Source: an uncultured bacterium
Lineage (GTDB): Bacteria; Patescibacteriota; Saccharimonadia; Saccharimonadales; UBA4665
Direction of reading: 5' to 3'
DNA: 64,000 bases
Assembly: GCA_963762395.1 (NCBI GenBank)
Contig: CAVXKL010000004.1
Coordinates: forward strand, 227,673 to 291,672
Positions 28,685-38,657 of this stretch are shown piece by piece. The position numbers and the translations under genes were made by a program. The number at the start of each line of letters is the position of its first letter. Position 1 is the stretch's first letter. The notes below the pieces were generated by a model. That model was not told the DNA's origin. It searched no databases and saw nothing but the letters and a program-made list of their open reading frames with translations.

Positions 28685-30392
28685 CTTTAAAAAATCAAAG
28701 ATTAATCCTGACGAACTGAAGTATCGGTTAGGTGAACAAACGGTTATCGACCAGTTTTCATATAGCGGGCTTGAAGAACTGCCAGATCATTTAATCATTG
28801 ACGGGCAATTCATAAGGGTAATATTTATCTCTGGTTATCCCTATGTTGCTAATAGCGGCTGGTTAGATAATCTAATTAATTTCAGCCACAACATAGATAT
28901 TAGCTATCATCTCCAAGAAATATCTGCTCTTTTTGCTCTGCCTAAATTACACCGAAAAATAACTGAATTAGAATCTACCAAGAGAGCCATGATAAAAGCC
29001 GGCAGAATACTAAGCTCGGAGATAACCGATCCGCTTCAGTCGGCTATTGAACTAAGAGACAAAATCTTAAGGGGCCAAGAGAAGCTTTTTCAAATAAGTA
29101 TTTATATTGCCCTAAGAGCAAACGATCTAAGTGAACTAGATAGAATAACTACTCTGCTAGAATCGACAATGTCTTCAAGGCTATTTCTAACTAAGCCGGC
29201 AAGGTATGAACAGTTATCTGCTCTTCAATCAGTCTTGCCTAGGGCAACGGATGAACTTGAATATAAACGAAACCTAGATAGTTCATCTGCCGCGCTAACA
29301 TTCCCATTTATGTCATCAGAACTGGTTCAACCCAGTGGCATATTGTTTGGCATAAATAAGTCTAACGATTCACTAGTTATTATTGACAGGTTCTCACTGC
29401 CAAACGCTAATTCTATAGTCTTCGCCCAATCAGGCAGCGGCAAAAGCTATCTAACTAAAGTTGAAATACTAAGGCAACTTACTAATGGAACTAAAGTAAT
29501 AGTTATTGATCCCGAAAGGGAATACTTAAATCTTAGTCAGTCGGTCAAAGGTACATATATAAAACTATCTTTGAGATCAAAACAGAGGATTAACCCACTT
29601 GATCCATTGGCGGCAAATTTAAATAAAAAACAGCAAAGTGAACATATAGACAATGTCACTGATATAGTTTCTCTGCTTGCTGAAGGTCTTTCAGCTCGTG
29701 AACGGTCGATGATAGATAAGGCGCTTATAAAGACACTAAAAATAAATCAATCTACCGCGCCCTTACTCAGTAATCTATATGCCGAACTAAATAAACTAGG
29801 CCAAACAAAATTAACCGAGAGACTAGATAAGTATGTCAACGGTTCAATGTCGGACGTTTTTAATTCACCAACGAACATTAAACTAACTAATCGTCTAATA
29901 GTTTTCGATATAAAGGATATGCCCGAGAGTCTGCGACAAGTGATGATGTTAATAATAGCTAACTTTGTATCCAATCAAATTAAAACTGAACCCGAAAAAA
30001 GACTCCTAATAATAGATGAAGGCTGGCTTCTTTTAGAACATGAAGATAGTGCTAGATTTATTGCCGGTCTTGTTAGGAGAGCAAGGAAGTATTACTTGGG
30101 CGTATCAATCATATCCCAGCAAGCCAATGACTTTTTAAATAATAAATACGGCCGGGCAATTGCTTCGCAAAGTGCTCTTAGAATCTTAATGCGCCAGGAC
30201 TCTACAACCATTAAGAACGTTATAAGTGAGTTTAACCTAAGCGAGTTTGAGAGAAATTACCTGCTTACAACTGAACGCGGCGAAAGCCTTATGATAGTTG
30301 ATCAAACACACGTGGCGGTTAAAATAGTGGCTTCTGATAGCGAGCATCCATTAATAACAACAGACCCTAGCGAGATATATGCTAAAAAGTAA
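28677..30392 (+). CDS. virB4: VirB4-family ATPase, C-terminal part with the NTPase domain
   Basis: Walker A AQSGSGKSYLTK and Walker B LLIIDEGWLL. It overlaps the N-terminal ORF by 8 nt in another frame. Confidence 0.8.
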   Translation: MINFKKSKINPDELKYRLGEQTVIDQFSYSGLEELPDHLIIDGQFIRVIFISGYPYVANSGWLDNLINFSHNIDISYHLQEISALFALPKLHRKITELESTKRAMIKAGRILSSEITDPLQSAIELRDKILRGQEKLFQISIYIALRANDLSELDRITTLLESTMSSRLFLTKPARYEQLSALQSVLPRATDELEYKRNLDSSSAALTFPFMSSELVQPSGILFGINKSNDSLVIIDRFSLPNANSIVFAQSGSGKSYLTKVEILRQLTNGTKVIVIDPEREYLNLSQSVKGTYIKLSLRSKQRINPLDPLAANLNKKQQSEHIDNVTDIVSLLAEGLSARERSMIDKALIKTLKINQSTAPLLSNLYAELNKLGQTKLTERLDKYVNGSMSDVFNSPTNIKLTNRLIVFDIKDMPESLRQVMMLIIANFVSNQIKTEPEKRLLIIDEGWLLLEHEDSARFIAGLVRRARKYYLGVSIISQQANDFLNNKYGRAIASQSALRILMRQDSTTIKNVISEFNLSEFERNYLLTTERGESLMIVDQTHVAVKIVASDSEHPLITTDPSEIYAKK

Positions 30393-30897
30393 CATCAAGG
30401 TATATAGCGGTATAGCAGCAGCAGTTGTTGTCACGCTATTACTTCTACCAATACTTACATTGTCCTCTTTAACAAACCTACCTATTCTAGCTGGCTCTTC
30501 GTCTTCTGGCCCAAACACGAACATTTATCTATACACCGGACCTTTAGCCGCTAATGATGGCTATGCATTCGGCAACTGCACCTACTGGGTAGCTCTTCTT
30601 AGAGCCGAGGCAGGAGAGCCAATACCAAACACCTGGGGAAACGCCATAACCTGGGCGGTTCGAGCTCAAGCTGACAGTTATTTAGTTGATCAAACACCTA
30701 GCTATACTGCAATTATGGTCGACGTTAACGCTCCTGGCGGGTTAGGCCATGTGGCGTTTGTCGAGAGTGTTGATCCCACTAACGGCAGTTGGACAATTTC
30801 AGAAATGAATAGAGTCGGCTTTGATGAAGTTGATACAAGGGTATTGACAGCTAGTTCTGCATCAAGCTATTACTTCATACACAATAGAACAGGCTAA
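30379..30897 (+). CDS. secreted CHAP-domain peptidoglycan hydrolase (VirB1 functional analogue)
   Basis: Signal/anchor AAAVVVTLLLLPILTL, catalytic Cys in GNCTYWV and His in GHVAFVESV. Confidence 0.75.
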   Translation: MLKSNIKVYSGIAAAVVVTLLLLPILTLSSLTNLPILAGSSSSGPNTNIYLYTGPLAANDGYAFGNCTYWVALLRAEAGEPIPNTWGNAITWAVRAQADSYLVDQTPSYTAIMVDVNAPGGLGHVAFVESVDPTNGSWTISEMNRVGFDEVDTRVLTASSASSYYFIHNRTG

Positions 30898-31153
30898 CCA
30901 TGTAGCTGACTATGTGAACCAATAAAGCCAAAGATAATAATCTCATCTCTCTTTACTACGTATAGTGCTCTTATATCTCCCATGACATCAATACTTCTGT
31001 AACCTAAATATTTACCCTTAAGAGCGTGATTCCGTAACCTAACATCAAAAGGATCAGCAATAAAAATTTCTAGCCGTCTTTTAAAAGAAATTTAACTTTT
31101 ACATTCAATTTTGAATATTGCTTATCGAATGATTTGGTTGTTGCAATAACCAT
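30894..31153 (-). pseudogene. RelE/YafQ-family mRNA-interferase toxin, frameshifted
   Basis: My own minus-strand translation gives MVIATTKSFDKQYSKLNVKVK in one frame (stop at 31070-31072). It continues as ISFKRRLEIFIADPFDVRLRNHALKGKYLGYRSIDVMGDIRALYVVKRDEIIIFGFIGSHSQLHG in the -1 frame. The shift maps to the homopolymer run at 31091-31093. The ATG shares one base (31153) with the antitoxin stop codon (ATGA). Confidence 0.7.
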
Positions 31154-31428
31154 CACAAACTATCCAAGTGCTCAAACATTTCTTCTAAAGTTTTGAACGG
31201 ACCACTTACGTCTCCAGCTGCTATTTCTTCCTCAGCCTTAGCAATTAGTTTCTCCATCTTTTCGGTCATAGGTTCGGAAGTAACAAAATGTACGCTACCG
31301 ATCCTGGCAAGTTCATAGATATATGCATTGAGCAGGTTACTAAGAGGAATGCCTATCTGTCTAGCTACGGCTTGAGCCTTGGCCTTAGTTACATCGTCAG
31401 TTTTAAAATTAATAGTTGCTGTTTTCAT
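31153..31428 (-). CDS. RelB/DinJ-family antitoxin
   Basis: MKTATINFKTDDVTKAKAQAVARQIGIPLSNLLNAYIYELA is a DinJ-like ribbon-helix-helix. ATG 31428 is preferred over the track start at 31584. Confidence 0.7.
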   Translation of the reverse strand: MKTATINFKTDDVTKAKAQAVARQIGIPLSNLLNAYIYELARIGSVHFVTSEPMTEKMEKLIAKAEEEIAAGDVSGPFKTLEEMFEHLDSL

Positions 31429-31550
31429 TTGATCTATAGTGTATATAATAGACTTTTTTGTCAATAATTTTGTATCTAACCGAAATATATTAACTGTTAA
31501 AATCATCATAGAAAAGATACAATAGGATAAGAAGTTAAAAGCTGGTGGGC

Positions 31551-32978
31551 ATGCTACAAAAATCACATATAATACCAATTGCAAACTACAAACGGACCAA
31601 GATCATTGCTACTGTAGGTCCAAGCACCAATAGCTATCAGGCAATCTATGATCTAATGAAAGCTGGTACCAATGGTTTTAGGCTAAACTTTTCTAAGGGC
31701 ACTAACGAGGAACACCATCATCAAATAGACTGGATAAGAAAGGCATCCAAGGAACTCAATAAACCAGTAGCCATAATTCAGGATTTAGAGGGTCCGAAAG
31801 TTAGGCTAGGAGACTTCGATGGCGTTATTGAAGTAAAAGCAGGCCAGACAATTAGACTTGAACTAGATGCTAATTATTCCGATACAAACATTATCCCAAC
31901 TCAATATGACCTCAGTAAAAAAGTCAAAAGAGGCGAGAGGATATACATTTATGATGGAAAAATCTCGGCAACTGTAATTTCGGTAAGTGACGGCCTAGTT
32001 CACTTAAGAATTGAAAATGACGGTCTCCTTATCAAAAGACGACGGTTGAACTTACCGGACACAGACTTTAGCGGTGATGTTATAACTCCAAAAGACCGAG
32101 CGGACTTAGTTTTTGGCTCTACTGAAGACATCGATTATGTTGCTCAAAGCTTTGTTCACACAGCTGACGATATAAGAGAGCTTAAGAAAATCTTAGCCAG
32201 TATAAATATGAAAGCCCAGATTGTTGCAAAAGTGGAAACCAAAGCGGCCATCGAAAATATGGAAGAAATAATTAAGGAGACTGACAGCTTAATGATAAAC
32301 AGGGTAAATTTAAGCTACGAAGTTTTACCTGAAGCCATACCAACTATTGAGTCGCAGCTTATTAGTCTATGTAGAAAATATGCTAAACCTGTTTTTGTAG
32401 CTACTCAAATGCTTTTTAGCATGGCAACCTCAACTGAGCCAACGAGAGCAGAGCTATCAGATATAGCCAACGCTGTTACTACTGGTGTTGATTGTCTAAT
32501 GCTTAGTGATGAAACAGCTATTGGTAATCATCCGGTCGAAGCGGTTAAAATGATGAAAAGGACTATCCTATACACTGAAGCTAACAGCTGTCAGAAAGTT
32601 GAATTCCCTGACTTTATAGATGATTCTAAACAGGCAATAATCGTTCGCTCAATTGTTGATCTGGCAGAAGCTTTAGATGCCGAGGCAATTATCGCTGAAA
32701 CAAAATCAGGTGCTACCGCAAGAATGCTGGCTTCTAGAAGAACAAAGAAGCCAATTATTGCCGTAACCTCTAGCCAGAAGGTTGGCCAACAACTTTCATT
32801 GGTTTATGGCGTCAAGAGTTATGTTCGTCCAATTAATAGACTTGCTGCCAGCAGGTTAACAGACTGGCTGGCTAAAGAGAAAATATTAAGTAGCGGCGAT
32901 ATAGTCGTGACGGCTTCCGGCAAACAGCCTGGCGTAGTGGGCACAACCGATACCATAAAAGTAAGGTTTATTGAATAG
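31551..32978 (+). CDS. pyk: pyruvate kinase
   Basis: KRTKIIATVGPS, GFRLNFSKG and MLSDETAIGNHPVEAV motifs. Confidence 0.9.
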   Translation: MLQKSHIIPIANYKRTKIIATVGPSTNSYQAIYDLMKAGTNGFRLNFSKGTNEEHHHQIDWIRKASKELNKPVAIIQDLEGPKVRLGDFDGVIEVKAGQTIRLELDANYSDTNIIPTQYDLSKKVKRGERIYIYDGKISATVISVSDGLVHLRIENDGLLIKRRRLNLPDTDFSGDVITPKDRADLVFGSTEDIDYVAQSFVHTADDIRELKKILASINMKAQIVAKVETKAAIENMEEIIKETDSLMINRVNLSYEVLPEAIPTIESQLISLCRKYAKPVFVATQMLFSMATSTEPTRAELSDIANAVTTGVDCLMLSDETAIGNHPVEAVKMMKRTILYTEANSCQKVEFPDFIDDSKQAIIVRSIVDLAEALDAEAIIAETKSGATARMLASRRTKKPIIAVTSSQKVGQQLSLVYGVKSYVRPINRLAASRLTDWLAKEKILSSGDIVVTASGKQPGVVGTTDTIKVRFIE

Positions 32979-32982
32979 GCAA

Positions 32983-34266
32983 ATGTTTCATAAAAAAACG
33001 GTTAAAGACATAGACCTAAGAAACAGAACAGTACTTTTAAGAACTGACTATAACGTGCCAATTAAAAAAGGCAAGATAATCGACGACTATAGAATTACAC
33101 GGTCACTTGAAACTATCCACTATCTCTTAGGCCAAAACTGCAAGGTAATTATCTGCTCGCATCTTGGTCGGCCAGAAGGCAAACCTGACCCGGACCTCTC
33201 TCTTTTCCCAGTCGCCATGAAACTTAACGAAATCTTAAACAGGCAAGTGGACTTTGTAACTGACTGTATTGGCGATCAGGCATCAAAAGCTGCTGCTAAT
33301 TTAAAGCCAGGCCAGATATTACTGCTTGAAAACCTAAGGTTTCATCCAGAAGAAGAAGAAAACGATGATAAATTTGCTGCCAGTTTAGTTAATGGTGCCC
33401 AAATATTTGTCCAGGATGCCTTTGGCGTAGTTCATCGGGCCCATGCATCAACTGTCGCCATAACTCACCACCTACCTTCCGTCTCCGGCTTTTTACTGGA
33501 AAGGGAAGTAGATACTATAACCAACGCCATCAATGACCCCAAAAGACCACTAATAGCTGTAATTGGCGGCGCTAAGATAGCAGATAAACTAGATATTTTA
33601 AAAAGGTTTATTAACATTGCCGACGGCTTAGCTATTGGCGGCGCTATGGCCAACACCTTCTTAAAAGCTGATGGAATGGAGATAGGAGATAGTCTATATG
33701 ACGAACACAATCTTCACCTTGCCCATGAGATTCTAAATCTAGCTAAAGATGAAGCCAAGAAAAGACACTTTATCTTTTCCCTGCCTTTTGACGGTGTGGT
33801 TGCTTCAGCTGTTGATTCCACCAAGCCAACCAGGATTGTCGATTGGTCGGCTCACTCTATTGCCGATATTGAAAGCTATCCCAAAAGACCGCCAAGGGAA
33901 TCAACTCATATCCATGAACACGAAAGAATATTAGACATTGGCCCATTCAGCGGTGCCTTTATTGCCGGCCTAACCCAGCTTGCTAATACTGTAATTTGGA
34001 ATGGCACAATGGGGGTGACCGAAACAGAAGGGCTACTAAGCAGTGTCGGCCCTTACTCTCATGGAACAGATCTTTTAATCCAGGGTTTAATCGGGGAGAT
34101 GGGACATAGGCCATATACGGTAGTTGGTGGTGGTGACACGGTCGGCTACATTGAAAGCCGAAAACTAATAAAGATGTTTGACCTTGTTTCGACAGGTGGT
34201 GGAGCTAGTCTTGAATTAATGTCTGGCCACAGCCTACCGGGCGTTAAAGTCTTGCTTAATAAGTAA
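32983..34266 (+). CDS. pgk: phosphoglycerate kinase
   Basis: LLRTDYNVP, SHLGRPEG, and GGAKIADKL, GGGDT, STGGGASLE motifs. ATG 32983 lies just after the pyk stop. Confidence 0.93.
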   Translation: MFHKKTVKDIDLRNRTVLLRTDYNVPIKKGKIIDDYRITRSLETIHYLLGQNCKVIICSHLGRPEGKPDPDLSLFPVAMKLNEILNRQVDFVTDCIGDQASKAAANLKPGQILLLENLRFHPEEEENDDKFAASLVNGAQIFVQDAFGVVHRAHASTVAITHHLPSVSGFLLEREVDTITNAINDPKRPLIAVIGGAKIADKLDILKRFINIADGLAIGGAMANTFLKADGMEIGDSLYDEHNLHLAHEILNLAKDEAKKRHFIFSLPFDGVVASAVDSTKPTRIVDWSAHSIADIESYPKRPPRESTHIHEHERILDIGPFSGAFIAGLTQLANTVIWNGTMGVTETEGLLSSVGPYSHGTDLLIQGLIGEMGHRPYTVVGGGDTVGYIESRKLIKMFDLVSTGGGASLELMSGHSLPGVKVLLNK

Positions 34267-34293
34267 ATGCTTATGTTAGACTATTTATAAGAT

Positions 34294-35079
34294 ATGCATA
34301 AGAGTCTAATCGTCGCCAATTTAAAAATGCACTTTAATGTCGGTGACTCTAGTCTTTATATCCACAAACTAAACAAGATTTTAAACCCCCACCGCTCAGT
34401 TGAAGTTGTTATTGCCCCGTCAATGCTCGCTCTCCAGCCACTGAGCCTGCAAATAGATCGCCGTAAAATGCACTTAGCTGCCCAGAATGCCTATTCCAAA
34501 GACGAAGGACCATATACCGGCGAAGTAAGCTTCACTATGTTATCCGGATTAGTAGATTACGTCATTGTTGGCCACTCTGAAAGACGTATATATTTTGACG
34601 AAAGTCTTGATCTAATTAGGGATAAAGTTGCGGCAGCTGTCAGAAATAACATCAAGCCTATTCTTTGTATTGGCGAATCAAAACCGGAAAAGCAAGCTGG
34701 TGAAACAAAAAGGGTTATTCATGACCAGTTAGCCACAGCTATATCCGATTTAACTCCTGAAGAAGTTAAAAAAGTAATCTTTGTTTATGAACCTGTTTGG
34801 GCAATAACTACTTTTGAAGGCCAACCGGCAAATATTCAAGATGTTCAAAAGGCAACAGACTTTATACGCTATCAGATAAGTGAAATCTGTGGAGCTACAG
34901 TTGCTCGTGAAGCTCCTGTTCTTTACGGCGGTAGTGTTGATAGGGAAACTGTATCTGGATATTTGACTCTTGAAGGTTGCAATGGTGCCCTAGTTGGTGC
35001 AGCCAGTCTTGAACCTGAGTCTTTTGCAGATATTATTGACAAAGCCTATCTAGCAGAACAAACCAAGAAAGCTCTTTAA
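34294..35079 (+). CDS. tpiA: triosephosphate isomerase
   Basis: VANLKMH, VGHSERR, CIGES, YEPVWAI and YGGSV motifs. Confidence 0.92.
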   Translation: MHKSLIVANLKMHFNVGDSSLYIHKLNKILNPHRSVEVVIAPSMLALQPLSLQIDRRKMHLAAQNAYSKDEGPYTGEVSFTMLSGLVDYVIVGHSERRIYFDESLDLIRDKVAAAVRNNIKPILCIGESKPEKQAGETKRVIHDQLATAISDLTPEEVKKVIFVYEPVWAITTFEGQPANIQDVQKATDFIRYQISEICGATVAREAPVLYGGSVDRETVSGYLTLEGCNGALVGAASLEPESFADIIDKAYLAEQTKKAL

Positions 35080-35121
35080 TATTCCTCCTAACTTACGCCC
35101 GGATGAATTAGAATAGATGTA

Positions 35122-37257
35122 ATGGAGGAAAGATTATTTAGGGGACTTAACCCCGAACAGAAAAAGGCTGTCTTAAAAACAGAAGGGCCTTTGCTAATAC
35201 TAGCCGGTGCCGGCAGTGGTAAAACTAAAACCCTAACTCACCGTATAGCCTATATTTTAGCTACCCACCTGGCTACCCCGGAATCTATCATGGCCGTAAC
35301 ATTTACCAATAAGGCGGCCCAAGAAATGAGAAGCCGAATAGCCAGACTGATTGGCGGCCGTGAATCAAGCTACAGCTTCATGCCTTTTATGGGTACCTTC
35401 CACGGTATCTGCGTCAAGATTCTAAGAGTCAGCGGTGAACATGTAGGTATTCCTAAAAGCTTTATTATCTTCGATGACTCTGACAGCCTGGCAACGGTTA
35501 GGAGGGTAGCCAAGCATTTAAGCGTTGATGAAAAGAGTTTTCCTTCTAAAGTTACCCTTTCTCTAATTAGTTCGGCCAAGAATGAAATGATGGACCCTCA
35601 TGAATACGCCCAGACTGCTAGTTCGCCGTCTCAGAAAATAGCCGCTCAAATCTATCCGCTTTATCAGAAAGAACTAAAGGATGCTCGGGCCCTGGATTTT
35701 GACGACCTGATTCTTAAAACAGTCAAACTGTTAAAAGAAGTTAAAGAAGTTCGAGATAAGTGGCAAAACCAGTTTAGATACATCATGATCGATGAGTACC
35801 AGGACACTAATGCCGCCCAATACCAATTAATTAAGCTATTAACGGGTAAAAGCAATAACCTAGCTGTTGTTGGTGACGATTATCAGTCGATATATATGTT
35901 TAGGGGTGCAGACTTTAGAAACATCCTAAACTTTGAAAGAGACTATAAAAACGCTTGCATTATTAAACTGGAGCAGAACTACCGCTCAACCAAAAACATC
36001 CTCGATGCATCAAACGCCCTAATACTGAATAACACCAAAAGAAGTGATAAACGTCTTTGGACGGCATCTGAAGAAGGTAAACCGGTCAACATTATTCAAG
36101 TTGGCAACGAAAGATCTGAAGCTGAAACATTAATCCGCTATATCAGCGAAGGGGTGGACAGCGGCCGCTTTAGTCATTCTGATCATGCCGTGCTGTACCG
36201 GACTAATGCCCAGAGCCGTCCGGTTGAAGAAGCATTTATTCGTTACGGTATCCCTTATCAGATAGTTGGCGGCGTCCGGTTCTACGAGCGTAAAGAGATT
36301 AAAGACATACTTGCCTATTTAAGACTTACTTATCAGCCGGAAGATCGGGTATCACTAGAGAGAATAATTAATGTCCCAGCCCGCGGTATCGGTCCTAAAA
36401 GCCTCGGCCTATTCTTAGCTCAAGCTAATAAACAAGGAAGCTTAGAAAGTGCACTACGCTATGTCAGCCAAAACGACCAGCTAACTACAAAAGCTAAATC
36501 TGCCATTAGTGAACTGCACGATATCTTAACGAGTTTGAGATCAATTGTTGACACCACTAATCTGCCTACGCTAATAGACTCTTTAATTCGTCGCCTGGAT
36601 TATCTTAAATACTTAGATGACGGTACACCCATAGGCGAGGCTCGTCAGGAAAACGTCAAGGAACTATTAAGTGTCGCTAGTGAATATCAAGAAGTCGGCC
36701 TGGCTGGCTTTTTGGAAGAGGTAGCTCTAATTAGCGACATAGACAATGCTAACTTTAATAACGACCAGGTTACACTCATGACCGTTCATGCCGCTAAGGG
36801 ACTGGAGTTTCCGGTTGTTTTCATGATAGGCATGGAAGAAACTCTCTTTCCCCACTCACAGGCCCTATATGATCAAACTGACATGGAAGAAGAAAGAAGA
36901 CTTTGTTACGTTGGTATGACCAGAGCAAAAAAAGAACTTATCATGACCTATGCGGTAAGCCGCTTAATTTACGGTGGTGTTTTGCATAACCCGCCCAGCC
37001 GTTTCTTAAGTGAAATAGATGGCCAGTTTCAAACCGAGAATGGCTTTTATACCACGCCAAAACAAGTAGAGACTCCTAAATCTGTTGACCTTGAGCCAAG
37101 ATACATACCAGACTTAAACGCTGGCGATAATGTTAAGCACCAAACATTTGGTCCCGGTACTGTCGTTGAACTGGAAGGCGAGATAGTCGCCATATATTTC
37201 AAAGACCATGGCATCAAAAAGTTCAACCTAGCTTTCGCTCCACTAGAAAAGCTCTAA
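35122..37257 (+). CDS. pcrA: ATP-dependent DNA helicase PcrA/UvrD
   Basis: LNPEQKKAV, AGAGSGKTKTLTHR, IMIDEYQDTN, NYRST, TVHAAKGLEFPVVF and CYVGMTRAK motifs. Confidence 0.92.
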   Translation: MEERLFRGLNPEQKKAVLKTEGPLLILAGAGSGKTKTLTHRIAYILATHLATPESIMAVTFTNKAAQEMRSRIARLIGGRESSYSFMPFMGTFHGICVKILRVSGEHVGIPKSFIIFDDSDSLATVRRVAKHLSVDEKSFPSKVTLSLISSAKNEMMDPHEYAQTASSPSQKIAAQIYPLYQKELKDARALDFDDLILKTVKLLKEVKEVRDKWQNQFRYIMIDEYQDTNAAQYQLIKLLTGKSNNLAVVGDDYQSIYMFRGADFRNILNFERDYKNACIIKLEQNYRSTKNILDASNALILNNTKRSDKRLWTASEEGKPVNIIQVGNERSEAETLIRYISEGVDSGRFSHSDHAVLYRTNAQSRPVEEAFIRYGIPYQIVGGVRFYERKEIKDILAYLRLTYQPEDRVSLERIINVPARGIGPKSLGLFLAQANKQGSLESALRYVSQNDQLTTKAKSAISELHDILTSLRSIVDTTNLPTLIDSLIRRLDYLKYLDDGTPIGEARQENVKELLSVASEYQEVGLAGFLEEVALISDIDNANFNNDQVTLMTVHAAKGLEFPVVFMIGMEETLFPHSQALYDQTDMEEERRLCYVGMTRAKKELIMTYAVSRLIYGGVLHNPPSRFLSEIDGQFQTENGFYTTPKQVETPKSVDLEPRYIPDLNAGDNVKHQTFGPGTVVELEGEIVAIYFKDHGIKKFNLAFAPLEKL

Positions 37258-37376
37258 GAGATATTGAATTTCCGGCATAGGTAAGAAAAAGACAATGATT
37301 TTTGCTACAATAGACTGACGTCTAAAAGGATATTACTAAGTGGTAATTGCTTCTATCCTTTTTGGATCATACCTAT

Positions 37377-38657
37377 ATGAAATTTAAGTTAGAAGGAGCT
37401 AAATCAAGGCGCAGCAGCCGTATAAATTTTAAACGGCTTAAAGTGCTAAGCAGACATCCTTTTGCCGTGCCTGTTATCACGGGCTTTTGCCTAATCCTTC
37501 TAACAATTGCTTTTGTAATATTTTTTGGTAATGCCAAACAAATCCAGGTAACACCAGACTCTAAGATAGTAATAATTACCGACGCCGGCATAAAACAAAT
37601 AGTTCCCAGTAACGATAAAACAGTCGGGACACTATTAAAGCGCTTAAATATATCACTTGGTCAAGGTGACGTTGTTCAGCCAAATCTATCGACGCCAATT
37701 AATCAGGATGACTTTAGGATTAACATCTACCGAGCCGTGCCGGTTGAAATAGTTGAAGACGGCGTTGCCTACTATTCTTTTAGTGCCGCCATAACACCGA
37801 GGGCAATTGCCAATCAAGCAGGTGTCATGGCTACAGCCTCAGACTACGTTAGCTCCCAACCCAGTGAGAACTTTTTAGCCAGCAGCGCTATCGGCCGACA
37901 GGTTATTATTGAATCAGGCATACCTATAGTTTTTGATCTATATGGCACCGATCTGTCGATCTATGTTCATGCTTCGACAGTAGCCGGGGTCATAAATCAA
38001 GAAAACATCCAGTTAACGTCAGAAGATCAAGTCAGCCCTAGCCTAAACTCATCAATAAGTCCTAACGAGCAAGTTAGTATTAGCAGGCCAGGCATTAAAA
38101 CAGAAGCCGTTACCCAGTCCATTGCCACCCCTGTCCAGACCACGTATGTTTCCGATCTAGCTTATGGCACTAGCTCAATAGTTCAGCAAGGATCGCCCGG
38201 CAAGGAAGTCATTGCCTATGAACTATCCTCAGACGGGACAATTCTAGACCCCACTTCGCCAATCCAAACAATCGTAACCGTACCACCAGTCACAGAGATA
38301 GTGGATGAAGGGGATAGTTTGTCTGGTATCCAGGGAGACATGTCGCTAGCCGGTATCTCTCCGGTCGATTATTCTTACGTCGATTTCATTGTTTCCCATG
38401 AGTCGGGCTGGTGTCCAACTAAATGGCAAGGTGAGATTGGTTATTGTCCAGCCAATTTTAGCCAGCTTTATGATAGCGATGATGAGATAGGCTACGGCCT
38501 ATGCCAATCTACCCCGCCAGATAAAATGGCTGAATTTGGTGATGATTGGCAGACTGACCCGATTACTCAACTAGAATGGTGTAACTGGTATGCTCAGATG
38601 AAGTTTGGTGGTTGGTATAATGCTTACATTCATTGGATAGACTATGGCAACTGGTAG
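37377..38657 (+). CDS. membrane-anchored cell-wall protein with DUF348-like and G5-like domains and a C-terminal transglycosylase-like domain (RpfB-like architecture)
   Basis: TM helix near the N-terminus, repeats of the form KTVGTLLKRLNISL...D.V.P, a G5-like segment (GTSSIVQQGSPGKEVIAYEL) and a C-terminal SHESGWCP motif. Confidence 0.55.
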   Translation: MKFKLEGAKSRRSSRINFKRLKVLSRHPFAVPVITGFCLILLTIAFVIFFGNAKQIQVTPDSKIVIITDAGIKQIVPSNDKTVGTLLKRLNISLGQGDVVQPNLSTPINQDDFRINIYRAVPVEIVEDGVAYYSFSAAITPRAIANQAGVMATASDYVSSQPSENFLASSAIGRQVIIESGIPIVFDLYGTDLSIYVHASTVAGVINQENIQLTSEDQVSPSLNSSISPNEQVSISRPGIKTEAVTQSIATPVQTTYVSDLAYGTSSIVQQGSPGKEVIAYELSSDGTILDPTSPIQTIVTVPPVTEIVDEGDSLSGIQGDMSLAGISPVDYSYVDFIVSHESGWCPTKWQGEIGYCPANFSQLYDSDDEIGYGLCQSTPPDKMAEFGDDWQTDPITQLEWCNWYAQMKFGGWYNAYIHWIDYGNW

